A stretch of DNA of 64,000 bases from Nitrospirales bacterium (lineage in GTDB: Bacteria > Nitrospirota > Nitrospiria > Nitrospirales > UBA8639): positions 992,001-1,056,000 of the forward strand of contig OY820905.2 of NCBI GenBank assembly GCA_963555755.3, written 5' to 3'. Shown here piece after piece: positions 10,838 through 20,705 of this stretch. The translations under genes and the position numbers were made by a program. Every line of letters starts with the position of its first letter. Position 1 is the stretch's first letter. Below the pieces are notes generated by a model, which searched no databases, was not told the origin of the DNA, and was given only the letters and a program-made list of their open reading frames with translations.

Positions 10838-11050
10838 ATGCCCTGACAAGGACGACTGTCCATTGTGGGCAGCAGCTACCACGTGAGGGGGCGTGGCCTG
10901 AAACGGCGGCGGCTCTGCAGTACGACGGACGAGAAAGAAGACCTGGTAGCAGGGCTGGCCATCGGCCTCCACGCCAATCATAGTCAATGTCTGGCCTGGG
11001 CGATCCTGCCCCATCATTACCACGGAAGGGGCTTGGGATTCCTTGATTGA
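10838..11050 (+). pseudogene. Second RAYT/Y1 transposase fragment
   Basis: MP*QGRLSIVGSSYHVRGRG...CLAWAILPHHYH (HUH motif); 5' leader repeated at 15184-15297. Confidence 0.7.
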
Positions 11051-11200
11051 ATGTCTAACTTTGAGGATGGCGTCAGGATGAGAGAGGTCCATTGGACCAC
11101 ATATGAAGTTGGCCCGTTTATGGAATGAGGGTGGGCTTTGGTTACGGTTCACCATTCATGTATGAATACCCTGACCACATTGGAAAGAGCCGAACACTGT

Positions 11201-11383
11201 ATGAATGAATCCACTGTACCAATCAATCCACGAGGACAACTACCCAACGGCCGTCGCCTGGTCCGACTCCGAAAGACGATGGCGACAGGAATACTCTTTA
11301 TGGCGTTTGCTGGTGGGGTGGTCTTTGGCGGCTTACTTTTCCTGGCGGTGGCCCTCCTTTATGTTGGGGGCAGGATCTTCTGA
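11201..11383 (+). CDS. Small hypothetical membrane protein
   Basis: ORF with one long hydrophobic C-terminal segment. Confidence 0.4.
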   Translation: MNESTVPINPRGQLPNGRRLVRLRKTMATGILFMAFAGGVVFGGLLFLAVALLYVGGRIF

Positions 11384-11391
11384 TTCGTGAG

Positions 11392-11748
11392 GTGAAGCAA
11401 TGGGATGTGGGATGGGAATCGGAGATTTCCATTTGGTTTGTAGGATCGGGATGTCTCCCTGGTGCCATTATCGGATGCCTACTCTGGAAGTATGGGGTAA
11501 TAAAATGGGGGTTACTGACCAAACAAGAATATCGAGAGATGGATTGGGCCACCAGTAAATGGGGAGCCCTAGGCGCCTGGAAAATACCACCGGAATCTTG
11601 GAAGGATGAAAATGAGGAAGAAGAAGATCCAGCCAACTACCCATTTTCCCAGCCACCCATACAGCAAAAATTCAACAAGGTAAAAAGCAGGATAAAAAAA
11701 GATTTTGACTTGGAAATAGGTACAATTGTAGTAACTACTCAGGTGTGA
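11392..11748 (+). CDS. Hypothetical membrane protein; last codons replaced by IS66 end
   Basis: Removing IS66 copy 2 restores ...EIGTIVNS*. Confidence 0.4.
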   Translation: MKQWDVGWESEISIWFVGSGCLPGAIIGCLLWKYGVIKWGLLTKQEYREMDWATSKWGALGAWKIPPESWKDENEEEEDPANYPFSQPPIQQKFNKVKSRIKKDFDLEIGTIVVTTQV

Positions 11749-13183
11749 TGATCTTTGTAGTGAATTGTGCAGGCATAAAGGGGTGGCCGATCATGGCTTG
11801 TGAAATGGCTTGCAGCATGTTGCCGCCCTGCTTTCTCGCGGTAGAAAGGTAGCTTCGTATGCGGGCGAACTGCCTCGCGCCTTGAAGCGTTCGAAAACAC
11901 CCGGATATTTTGAGGCGGAGCTTGATCATGCGGATATCCTGTTCTGCCAGATTATTAGTGAAGGGAACCTGTCTGTCATGGAGGAACGCGAGCACGGAGG
12001 CTTCATGCTCGCCAAGACGGGTGAGGAGATTTTGGGCCTTGGTCTTTTTGGGCCGGCCTCGTGACTTTTTCTGTGGCGGTGCCGGAAGGGGGTTGGCCTG
12101 CCATCCGAGGGTGAGAAGATCCCTGTATTGTTTCAGCCAGGGGGTTTTCTGTTCTTCCGTTAACTGTGCGAGTTGCTTGCTGACAAACACGTTCATCGTC
12201 AGCAACAGGTCAAACATGTGTTTGGCCCATGGTTGTTCGTGCTGCTCGAACAGGCACGTGAGTTCCCGCAAATGATGGGCGTTACAGAGGCCGTGGGCAC
12301 AGTCATAGGAGAGATAGGGTTTCCAGAAATCGTGGATCAGGCGGCCAGCAAAATCCGGGAGGATCTGGAACTGCTCGATCGCCTCTCTTCCCCGTTTGGC
12401 GTGCACACCGTAAAAGGTCAACGTGGCCGTGCTGGCACTGTGGAGCCAGTGGAGCGTCCCGGCCGTGCGGACGCCGCTTTCATCGGCATGGAGGATGGGA
12501 CTCTTGCCGAGCGCTTCTTTGACCGCAGTCTCGAACGGCGCGAGGTGCTCATAACTTCGGCGGGAGGCCTCGTCAATGGTGGCGTCGCTGACCGAGGCGC
12601 CATACAGATCAGCCATCATCTGGCTGACACGGCGTAAGGGGATCAACTGTTGGTTCTGGAGGTAGACCAGGAGGCTGCGAAATCTGGGACCGTACTGTGC
12701 CGGCGCAGGCAGGTCATCAGGAAATGACGCCGTGACCGAGCGGCCGCATTGGGGGCAGGTTTTGATTGCTCCCCGATATTCGGTGACGTCGAGTTTTGGC
12801 TCCGGCAGTTCAAAGAGCTGCCGGCGTTCATAGCCGGTGACCGTCTCGTTGGTGAGGTCGGCATGGCAGGAACAGGAGTGAACAGGCAGGTGGACCAGGT
12901 GGTCTGGGGTTTCCACCTGTTTTAACGTCTGGCCGGCATGTCCCTGTTGGCCGCCCGGCTTTTTCCCGGAAGGTATGCGCAGGCTCTTGGTTCGGGGCTT
13001 GGCCGGTCCATCGGACGAGGGCGGTTTGCTGCTGTTGCGACTGTGTTGGTCGAGCCGCTGTGCCAGTTCGGTGACATGCGTGGTCAGCGCCTGCCCCTGT
13101 TCCTGCAGCGCCAGGATCAGTTCGACGAGCGCCTCGGGGTTGCTCTTGGCCAGGATGAGGAGTGCGTCGCGGGTGAAGGTCAT
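11735..13183 (-). CDS. IS66-family transposase (TnpC-like)
   Basis: Identical translation to 5842-7290. Confidence 0.92.
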   Translation of the reverse strand: MTFTRDALLILAKSNPEALVELILALQEQGQALTTHVTELAQRLDQHSRNSSKPPSSDGPAKPRTKSLRIPSGKKPGGQQGHAGQTLKQVETPDHLVHLPVHSCSCHADLTNETVTGYERRQLFELPEPKLDVTEYRGAIKTCPQCGRSVTASFPDDLPAPAQYGPRFRSLLVYLQNQQLIPLRRVSQMMADLYGASVSDATIDEASRRSYEHLAPFETAVKEALGKSPILHADESGVRTAGTLHWLHSASTATLTFYGVHAKRGREAIEQFQILPDFAGRLIHDFWKPYLSYDCAHGLCNAHHLRELTCLFEQHEQPWAKHMFDLLLTMNVFVSKQLAQLTEEQKTPWLKQYRDLLTLGWQANPLPAPPQKKSRGRPKKTKAQNLLTRLGEHEASVLAFLHDRQVPFTNNLAEQDIRMIKLRLKISGCFRTLQGARQFARIRSYLSTARKQGGNMLQAISQAMIGHPFMPAQFTTKIITPE

Positions 13184-14067
13184 GGCTTGCTCCGGCAGAG
13201 GGCCTGTCGGAAGTGGCGGATGAGGGGATAGAGATAAATTGCCTTCACCGGCACGCGCAGAGCCTTGTCACGGTCCTGCCGGGACCGGCCTTTGGTCTGC
13301 CCGACATAGAGCCAGTTCGCGGCCTGATAGCAGATACCTTTGAAGCGGTCTCGCTCCACAAAGGTCTCCACCAAGTGGACGGGATGGCCGTATTTCTCGA
13401 TCCAGTCCTGCCGGAGACGTCTCATGACCCGGCCCAGGAGATGGCTGGCCAGATGCGGCACACGCACCCAGGGCAGGATGAGAAAGCGGGTATTGTTGGT
13501 CATGAAGTTGAGGTTGGCGGCTCGGGTGTCCGGCTCCCAGCCGATAAAGGTGTCGCGCGGGGTGGTTTTCCAGGCGGCGGAACCGAAGAGGAGGCAGGCC
13601 AGATCCTGCCCGGAGCGATCCCGCACCAGGTACTTGAGATGTTCACCGACCGTTCGGGTGAACCCGAGGTAGTGATGGTGGCTCAGGTAATATCCCACAC
13701 AACTGGCTTCGTAGGAATGTGAGGTTGGAATATGAATGGACAGGGGCGTCAGGGTCTTGAGAGCTGCGTCGATGTGCGGGGCTTCGGGAGGCATAAACCC
13801 CTTTCGGAAAGGGGGGAAGATGTTGCGTCGAGAGGCGACACGAATCGGGGGCAGCTTCAGGAGCCCGCGATGTTCGAGTTTGTCGATCATGCTGCGGGCG
13901 GCAAAGGTTTTCAGTTGTCCGGACGGGGTCTGCCAGCCCCAGTGCCGACAAATATGCTGGGTTATTTTATGGCGGCTCCAGTCAGGGTGCCGGCAAACCA
14001 GATGGCGTAACCAGCACAGATCAGATTGGGGGAGGCGACGACCTTGACATGTAATCGCTTCATTCAT
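13180..14067 (-). CDS. DUF4338 domain protein
   Basis: Identical translation to 4958-5845. Confidence 0.85.
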   Translation of the reverse strand: MNEAITCQGRRLPQSDLCWLRHLVCRHPDWSRHKITQHICRHWGWQTPSGQLKTFAARSMIDKLEHRGLLKLPPIRVASRRNIFPPFRKGFMPPEAPHIDAALKTLTPLSIHIPTSHSYEASCVGYYLSHHHYLGFTRTVGEHLKYLVRDRSGQDLACLLFGSAAWKTTPRDTFIGWEPDTRAANLNFMTNNTRFLILPWVRVPHLASHLLGRVMRRLRQDWIEKYGHPVHLVETFVERDRFKGICYQAANWLYVGQTKGRSRQDRDKALRVPVKAIYLYPLIRHFRQALCRSKP

Positions 14068-14250
14068 GGCCCCGATTATGCCATGGGTGGAGCCGTTAGT
14101 CCAGAAAAAAATCAGGCTATAGAAAATTGACCTGAGTAGTTACCAATTGTAAATAGTTAACAGGAACCTTTTCTGTTTTTTTTGTGATCACCTTGCATTA
14201 ATTTTTTCTGTGGGCGCCCCCCCTTAGGCACAACTAAGCAAAATGCGCGA

Positions 14251-14574
14251 CTAAGCCAAATGAATAAGTTGTCCTGGTTGGATCTGGATCAACGCCTTCT
14301 CCACTTTGGCCATGAGAGGCAAGACATCGCCGTAGCGGTTGCTTGGCGCGTTGAGACACAGGATAGCGAGGGAAAAGGTAGGAATGTTCTGTTGAAATGC
14401 GAGATGCTGATCCATGGTCAGAAAGACATCAAACTGTTGTTCGGCTAGGCGGAGCAACTCGCCATTCTTCTTGCTCGCCCAGCCCATTTCCGGCACCGTC
14501 ATGACATTATGATCACATAGATCATTTTTCAACCGGCGCGGCAGGCATTCATCCAGCAGAATGCGAATCGGCAA
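14251..14574 (-). CDS. DUF5615 / PIN-like toxin (VapC45-like)
   Basis: RILLDECLP, GW-x2-KKNGELL, FDVFLTMD motifs; overlaps the DUF433 gene. Confidence 0.82.
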   Translation of the reverse strand: MPIRILLDECLPRRLKNDLCDHNVMTVPEMGWASKKNGELLRLAEQQFDVFLTMDQHLAFQQNIPTFSLAILCLNAPSNRYGDVLPLMAKVEKALIQIQPGQLIHLA

Positions 14575-14776
14575 GGAGCGCCTCCTTCGCTTCTTCCAAG
14601 GCTAGAATGGTCTGTTCTTTTGTGACGGTCGGAAAATCACGAAGAAACTCATCGAGCGAGTCCCCGGCTTCGAGGTAATCGAGCAATGTTTGAAACGGCA
14701 CCCGCGTCCCTTTAAACACGGGAAGACCACAGAGAATATCTGGATCACGTTGAATAACCGAGTCTTTGGTCAGCAT
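14549..14776 (-). CDS. DUF433 antitoxin
   Basis: DPDILCGLPVFKGTRVP...GDSLDEFLRDFP; GGAGG RBS before ATG at 14776. Confidence 0.88.
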   Translation of the reverse strand: MLTKDSVIQRDPDILCGLPVFKGTRVPFQTLLDYLEAGDSLDEFLRDFPTVTKEQTILALEEAKEALLADSHSAG

Positions 14777-14951
14777 ACCAATTCCTCCCTCCTTGCATTT
14801 CTCATCCGCCCTCCTCACTTATGAAGCCGATTGCTACGTACTTTGTTTGAACCACCAGCGTCTCCACCACCTCAATACTCTTTTGGTACTGATACTACCC
14901 GAATAGGAGATGGTTTCAAACACCTGTCGGGCACGTCTAGCCGGGAAGCCT

Positions 14952-15130
14952 CGTTGAGTATGTCTACAATGGCTCACAATTGGCCCAAGTCACGGAAGGC
15001 GCCACGACTAATGCGGCTTATTGGGGCTTTGATGCCCAAGGCTCACCCGGCACATTCACCCACGAGAATGGCGTGGTCACCACCAATACGTACGATTCGA
15101 CCGATTATCACCTTACAACCCTCAGACAGT
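14952..15130 (+). pseudogene. YD/RHS-repeat protein fragment
   Basis: VEYVYNGSQLAQV...FDAQG...HENGVVTTNTYD...HLTTL; no start or end. Confidence 0.55.
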
Positions 15131-15183
15131 CAAAGTGGGCAGTACCGTGCTCGAAGATTTAACCTATTTTTAGGGACAGTTTT

Positions 15184-15310
15184 TAGGGACAAGGATAAGT
15201 TAATAATTTAATTGGCAGCGAGAGGTGACCGGGGTAGAGGACGGACGATGCCCCGACAAGGACGGCTGCCCATTGTGGGCGGCTGCTCCCACGTGAGTGT
15301 TTGGGGTTAG
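15184..15310 (+). pseudogene. 5' end of RAYT element (leader plus first codons), direct repeat of 10774-10887
   Basis: tagggaca..gataagttaataa..ttaa leader followed by MPRQGRLPIVGGCSHV. Confidence 0.6.
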
Positions 15311-15390
15311 GTTTTTCAATACGACATACTTGGTAAAGGTAGCTGGAATCTTAATCGAAGTATTTTTGCCTGGGTTCGTCCAGGCAGCCG

Positions 15391-15545
15391 AGGCCCTTTT
15401 GTTTCGGCAAAAGGACCCAAAACCATTTCCACCCAGGTCGGCCACATTGAATCGTGCTGGCGCAGGCAACGGAAGGGCGCCCCAACTCGCAGGCTCAGAC
15501 AAGGGCCGCCCCTGGATTTGAGCGTCAGCCGGTGGGCCAACCTGC
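15391..15545 (+). repeat. Dispersed structured repeat family with hairpin CTTTTG-TTTCGG-CAAAAG followed by AAAACCA
   Basis: Related copies near 20912-21100, 21506-21700 and 24258-24500 (+); minus-strand copies at 22040-22820 (split by an intron) and 24570-24643; partial at ~19996-20070. Confidence 0.7.
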
Positions 15546-15631
15546 AGGCGGGGGGGTATCGTTTTTGGCCTTTTGCCTTACATGGAGTTTCTTGGCCATG
15601 GCGTTGCTTCCTGTGAGCGTTCTTGCTTGTG

Positions 15632-17665
15632 ATAGGGGTAGGGAGGGCGCATTGAGTTGCGCTCCCCCTCCCTCCGAACCGTACGTGCAGTTCTCCCGCA
15701 TACGGCTCTCCAGTCAGTAGGTTCCTATGGAGTGGACGAAACGAATATGGGCATCATTCAGGCTCGTGAACCCATGATCCGCAAAGAAGGCGTTCGGCCA
15801 CCGTTGATTGCGTGCGAGGCGTTGTCGATTCCTTCGGTTCCTTTTCAGAAGCATCCGGCGCAACCGCCGACGGATCATTCCATCGTAGGCCTTGAAGATG
15901 TTCCAAAAACAGTGCCGAAAGTAGTTGAACCACCCTTGCGTCGAGCGAGTGAGCCGGTGGAGAATTACCGCCAGCGAGTCGCCCGATTTCTGCGGCGTCA
16001 GCTCGCGGATGCGGGCGATGAACTTTCGGTGGCTCTTCGCTCGTGGAAACCGCAGCCGGCCTCGGAACGAATAGCCCAGAAACGAAAAGCTCTTCTCCCG
16101 CGAGTCCACGATGTGTGTTTTCTCGGGATGCAGTGTCAGCCCCTTGGCCTCCACCCACCGGCGCACCTCGGCCAGCGCCGCTTCGGCTTCTTCCGGCGTG
16201 CGACACAGGATGACACAGTCATCCGCGTAGCGCACCATCTGAAATCCGAGATCGGACATCCGATGGTCCAGGGGGTTGAGATAGACATTCGACAGCATGG
16301 GAGACAGCACCGCGCCTTGCGGCACACCGGCTTCCGGCGTCCACTCCCGCAGTTCTTCCAGAATCCCCTGGTTCAGACACTTCTTCACCAGGCCCACCAC
16401 ACGGCGATCCGAGATCTTCTGTTGCACTCTGGCCACCAGTCGATCTTTCGGAATCGTCTCGTAGTACTCCTGCACATCCGCGTCGACAACATACACATAC
16501 CCGGCGTCGAGCCATTCCTCGACGCACCGCAGGGCATCATGGCACCCGCGTCCGTGGCGAAAGCCGAAGCTTCGCGCATGGAACATGGCGTCCATAATCG
16601 GCTCAAGCACGTGGACCACTGCCGTTTGCACGACGCGATCCCGCACGGTCGGAATTCCCAACGGGCGCTTCGCCGACCTGTCGGGTTTGGGAATCCACCG
16701 CCGCCGCCCCGCTGCCGGACGATAGGTTCCGTCACCCAGTTCGGCTTGCAACCGATCGAGTTCCGCCCGCTCATGCTCGGCGAACTCCGAACACGTTTGC
16801 CGGTCAACGCCCGCAGCCCCGTTCTTGCCCAGGACCTTCTTGGCCGAGCAGGACAGGTTCAGGCTGCCAGACACCTTATCCCTCAACGTGTGCCATTTGC
16901 CTCCTCTCACGTTGTCTGCCATCAGTGTCGCCACCATGCGATCTGTCCACACCGCTCGATGAGCCCACTGGTCGATCCCAGGAAGCTCCCCAGCCGGGGT
17001 AGCCGAACACGGCACTGTGACGGGGATGTCATCTCGACGCGGGGTCGAGGCTTGACGTGTCGGCGGTTGAGGCATTTCACATCTACCTTCCTGCTCCCCT
17101 TCGCGCCACCGCGTTCTGGTGCACGGCTTCCCCGCTATTATGAGAGCTCTGACTTCTGTCGAGCCGCTTCATCCAACGTCATCGGTATCGCTTCGTTCGT
17201 TCCCCTGCGGCACGCGATACGGCACCGAGGGGCCTGGGCCATTGATCACGCAGCGTCCCCCACTGCGAATGGTCACGACACGGCGTCCACGTCCTTCACC
17301 CGACAGATCTCCCTGCTTAGCTCGTTTGACCTTCCGACCATTCCATCTCCAACCACCACCTTGCCATTTCGCCACGGTCGCTTTCCCACGTTACGTCACC
17401 GCCGTGACTTGCCGCGTCTATCCCCCGGGCAGACTCTCAGGTCGAAGGGATCTGCCGTCGCGCGATCAAGGGTTCGGACATCGCTAGGAGCCTCCCCGAC
17501 AGGCTTGGCCGAATCGAGTTCACGTTCGTTACGGACTGGTCGTTCGTCTCAGATTGCTCTCCACCCTTCCTCACGGAAACGCAGTGACCACTGTCGACTT
17601 CAGGCTGGTAACGTTCGCCTGAGAGGGACTTGCACCCTCCTGATCAAACGCCTTCACAGGCGCAC
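15632..17665 (-). mobile_element. Group II intron A, copy 1 (complete, 2034 nt)
   Basis: 5' GUGCG at 17665; DV GAGCCGUAUGCGGGAGAACUGCACGUACGGUUC and DVI ending ...ACCCCUAU at 15632; boundaries confirmed because removal restores the flanking palindrome. Confidence 0.92.
15714..17075 (-). CDS. ltrA: Group II intron reverse transcriptase/maturase (no endonuclease domain)
   Basis: GAAGVD, RPLGIPTVRDRVVQ, SFGFR, GVPQGAVLSP, RYADD, GWFNYF motifs. Confidence 0.92.
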   Translation of the reverse strand: MPQPPTRQASTPRRDDIPVTVPCSATPAGELPGIDQWAHRAVWTDRMVATLMADNVRGGKWHTLRDKVSGSLNLSCSAKKVLGKNGAAGVDRQTCSEFAEHERAELDRLQAELGDGTYRPAAGRRRWIPKPDRSAKRPLGIPTVRDRVVQTAVVHVLEPIMDAMFHARSFGFRHGRGCHDALRCVEEWLDAGYVYVVDADVQEYYETIPKDRLVARVQQKISDRRVVGLVKKCLNQGILEELREWTPEAGVPQGAVLSPMLSNVYLNPLDHRMSDLGFQMVRYADDCVILCRTPEEAEAALAEVRRWVEAKGLTLHPEKTHIVDSREKSFSFLGYSFRGRLRFPRAKSHRKFIARIRELTPQKSGDSLAVILHRLTRSTQGWFNYFRHCFWNIFKAYDGMIRRRLRRMLLKRNRRNRQRLARNQRWPNAFFADHGFTSLNDAHIRFVHSIGTY

Positions 17666-17850
17666 TCGCTGCAGCATCTCATGCTGCCTCTTCCTGGCGT
17701 CAGAGCCCCTTGGTCCGTGGGAAGAGGGCACGATACGATCGTGCAGCGACACAAGCAAGAAAGCTCACAGGAAGCAACGCCATGGCCAAGAAACTCCATG
17801 TGGCCAGAATTGGATGGCGGTAGGATAGAACCATATATTCTGTATGATCC

Positions 17851-18543
17851 ATCCTTACTCGCAGAGTCGGCCAGACCATCAGAATCGGAGACGACGTGTC
17901 CATTACCGTGCTCGGCGTTAAAGGCACTCAAGTAAAGGTCGGAATCAACGCACCAAAAACTCTTCCAGTACACCGCGAGGAAATCTACAGACGGATTCAG
18001 CGGGAGTTGAGCAGAAGCGGCAGAGTCAATCCCGCAAAAGCCATCAGGGGGTTGGTCAATATGGAAGAAGATGATTTCGATGAGTTCGTAGACACGGTTC
18101 AGGAAGTGACCAACAGGGGAATATCCATAGCTTGGACACCGGCTGGAAGCGACGACGTGTCGATCCAAACTCCTGTAGACGACGATGAAGCAAAATTGAT
18201 CGAAGACATAGCGGACCAATCGCAATTTTGGTGGAGTAAGACTACCTTGATCTATTTCTGCGCTGTCAATTGTGAGGAGGCTTTAAGCCAATCCCCCTTT
18301 CGCAAAGGGGGGCAGGGGGGATTTGAAGCGGGGCCAAGTGTGCGCGACACCCACGATAGTCAGAGGGAAAATCTCCCCCAACCCCTCTTTGTCAAAGAGG
18401 GGAGTTCATCCGACTTGGCTAGCCCGCATCGGTACGGCTCATCCGCGTTAATATCCTGCTGCTTCGTCATTATCCACAACATTTGCAACTGATCCGACAT
18501 AGCCAGTCATATGGGCATCTCCATCATCAGTTGGGCATACTAG
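17851..18543 (+). pseudogene. csrA: CsrA/RsmA carbon storage regulator (from codon 3 onward) with C-terminal extension, interrupted by a MITE
   Basis: [50 protein letters not shown]. The start codons are at 30129; removing MITE 18213-18495 gives ...EDIASHMGISIISWAY*. Confidence 0.9.
18213..18495. mobile_element. MITE, GGATCA-TTGCAA family
   Basis: Ends ggaccaatcgcaattttg ... tttgcaactgatcc; 8-bp TSD gacatagc. Confidence 0.85.
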
Positions 18544-18716
18544 CCAAATCCGATTTGGAATGCTGCCGGGAGGTTGAGATAATTGTGGTGTGAAAGATGA
18601 GCGACAACATTCTTACGGAAGAGGCAATGACTGCGCTTGATCGAGCCAAACAGATCGTCGCGGATATGGAAGAAATCAGCATCCCACACTCTGTCCGGGA
18701 AGAGTGTTCTGAGTTC

Positions 18717-18970
18717 TGTAGTAGTCGCGACTTAATCTGACAGTTACCGGTTAGAGTCGAGTGACTGTCAGGTCAAGTTTAAGCGATCAACTTTTCCCTC
18801 CAGATTTGTTTGCCGTCTTCCAATGTTTCCATCGGTGTTCGACCACAACACATCTTACCCTGATGAGTTCGTTGCGTGTTGTATTTCACCAGCCACTTAA
18901 CCAAGTCAACCTGAAGCGATTCTAGATCGCCGTAGAGCTTCCTGCGGAAAGTGGCCTGGTAAAAGGTCTT
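18717..18970 (-). mobile_element. IS481-family 3' remnant
   Basis: FYQATFRRKLY...YNTQRTHQGKMCCGRTPMETL; ends in ...actgtcagattaagtcgcgactactaca. Confidence 0.75.
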
Positions 18971-19072
18971 TTTGACGCCTTCCGTCCCTATCGGGACGGC
19001 AAAGGAGCCACCAACTTCAACTCATGTTTTTAGCAATGAATGGGACATCCCCTTCGCCTCAACCCATTCGAA

Positions 19073-19558
19073 TCACCAGCTCGAGAAACCCCGCGACTTG
19101 CACCGGTTGTTGTTGAGGCTCGTGCCGCCCGAGCTGAATTTCGCACCCTTTTTAATTCCGAATTTGTAGTATAGCCGGCTACTCTTGCGGCAGCTCTTGA
19201 TGTCGCCTCCCTGTATCTCGATCACGAGCCAGACCTCGTCTCCTTCGTTGGGCCAATCATCGTATACATCAAGCTCGCAAAGTGCCTTCTGGCCACCGTT
19301 GTACCAGTTTTTCTCTCCATCGAAGATCGCGGAGCCTATCAACTTTGCGCACTTGGCACCGTATGTCTTCACGTTGCCAGTGTTCTTGTCCTTTACTTTG
19401 ATCTTGACATGCGCTCTATAGTCACCGTTGTGCTTCCATTCCAAAACCGATACCTGGTCTGCTAGAGCGACGCTGGCGGGCACCAGCAGAATCATCGTCA
19501 CAACCAGCATCAGGCACCAGTTGACCGACCCTGTCATGCAGTTCTTGTGTGTATTCAT
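19073..19558 (-). CDS. Hypothetical secreted Cys-containing protein
   Basis: AGGAG RBS; signal peptide ending ..SVALA-D; 4 Cys in the mature part; homologous fragment at 28846-29089. Confidence 0.7.
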   Translation of the reverse strand: MNTHKNCMTGSVNWCLMLVVTMILLVPASVALADQVSVLEWKHNGDYRAHVKIKVKDKNTGNVKTYGAKCAKLIGSAIFDGEKNWYNGGQKALCELDVYDDWPNEGDEVWLVIEIQGGDIKSCRKSSRLYYKFGIKKGAKFSSGGTSLNNNRCKSRGFSSW

Positions 19559-19869
19559 CACCTTCTCCTTAGTGAAAATGTGAGTGTGTGCTAATGTTAG
19601 TTGGAAATTGAAGTGGCTCCCCCACCTGTGGTGAGATGGCGTTCGACAAAGAATCGACATCTCGTCAACAGAACAAAGGAGCCACTTCATGAGCAGTATT
19701 GCGGAAATCAAGAGACGAAGCAAGAAGGAGTCTCTTCCAATATGAAATGATACTGAAGGGAGAGCATGATTCTACCATGAAATGATACTGAACAGGGTCC
19801 GGGTTCTGTTCATGATGAGGAATGCACATCATCATGAACGACACAACAATTCATATTGGAAGAGACTGG

Positions 19870-19983
19870 GATCCCTTCACTTGGCGAATGGGCATCTGTG
19901 CGGCTCACCCTGGCAGATATTCTGCGGCTTAGTCCCCTTCCCCCAAGATTTCAAATGCGAGAACCATAAATTCTGTATGATCC
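19870..19983. mobile_element. Partial MITE (right end), GGATCATACAGAA family
   Basis: Matches 43706-43818 and ends agaaccataaattctgtatgatcc. Confidence 0.7.
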
Positions 19984-20095
19984 GTTTATTCTGAGTCTTT
20001 TGTCGAAGGGCTCAAACAGTCTTCGCCAAAGTGTCGGATTCGGTAAAACGGTGAAACCGCGTCCGATGGCGGGAAGAAAAAAACATTCCAATTTT

Positions 20096-20410
20096 TTATG
20101 CAGCTGATAGAGGCGAGATACGGTCAATCTTCTTCTTGCTGGATTTTGCCGTCTCCCAAAGATCGGTGGCGTGTTGGGCGTTCAACCAAAATTCTGGTGA
20201 ATTGCCGAACAAACGAGAAAGTCGCAACGCCATTTCTGGGCTCACTGCACGTCGTTCCCGTAACAACTCATTCACGGTTTGGCGTGACACGCCCAACGCT
20301 TGGGCAAAACTAGAAACCGTCAGCCCGTAGTCAGGCAAAAAATCCTCTCGCAACATTTCACCCGGGTGTGTCGGACGAACCTTTCGCTCTTTTCGTCTAG
20401 GAATACTCAT
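20096..20410 (-). CDS. higA: HigA family antitoxin
   Basis: PTHPGEMLREDFL...ALRLSRLFGNSPEFWLNAQ. Confidence 0.92.
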   Translation of the reverse strand: MSIPRRKERKVRPTHPGEMLREDFLPDYGLTVSSFAQALGVSRQTVNELLRERRAVSPEMALRLSRLFGNSPEFWLNAQHATDLWETAKSSKKKIDRISPLSAA

Positions 20411-20423
20411 GGGAGACCTCATC

Positions 20424-20705
20424 TCAGTGATAATCTGTTAACTCGACATCATACGCATCGCCATCCACAAATCGAAAACAAATTCTCCATTGATCATTGA
20501 CCGAGACGGAATATTGCCCAACTCGATCTCGTCCTAATTTGTGAAGCCGATTACTGGGAGGCACCTTCAAATCTTCCAACCGAACAGCCAAATCAAGGTA
20601 CTCTAATTTTCGTAAGGCTCGTCTCCAAATATCTGATGGGAATGGTTTCGATTTTCCATTCGAAAACAACTCTTCTGTGGCTCTATCAGCAAAGGTGCGA
20701 ATCAC
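20424..20705 (-). CDS. higB: HigB/RelE-ParE family toxin
   Basis: MIRTFAD...DLKVPPSNRLHKL...GQYSVSVNDQWRICFRF...DVELTDYH; upstream of higA. Confidence 0.92.
   Translation of the reverse strand: MIRTFADRATEELFSNGKSKPFPSDIWRRALRKLEYLDLAVRLEDLKVPPSNRLHKLGRDRVGQYSVSVNDQWRICFRFVDGDAYDVELTDYH

Larger units (their letters stand above)
11731..14143 (-). mobile_element. IS66-family element carrying DUF4338 gene (copy 2, inverted)
   Basis: Same TIRs and length (2413 bp) as 4882-7294; own 8-bp TSD caattgta; both proteins identical to copy 1. Confidence 0.92.
15580..17801. repeat. 188-bp palindrome (60-bp arms) interrupted by group II intron A1
   Basis: 15580-15631 plus 17666-17673 is the reverse complement of 17742-17801 with one mismatch. 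Confidence 0.88.

Noticed and set aside
4958..14067. Druantia defence system
   Set aside because: Only the DUF4338 domain is present, inside IS elements; no DruE helicase or other dru genes.
4882..14143. Composite transposon bounded by the two IS66 copies
   Set aside because: Each copy has its own distinct TSD, so they inserted independently.
15657..17828. 723-aa plus-strand ORF (and 390/429-aa ORFs at 34612 and 35791)
   Set aside because: Antisense shadows of the intron RT and ribozyme; broken by a stop in the second copy.
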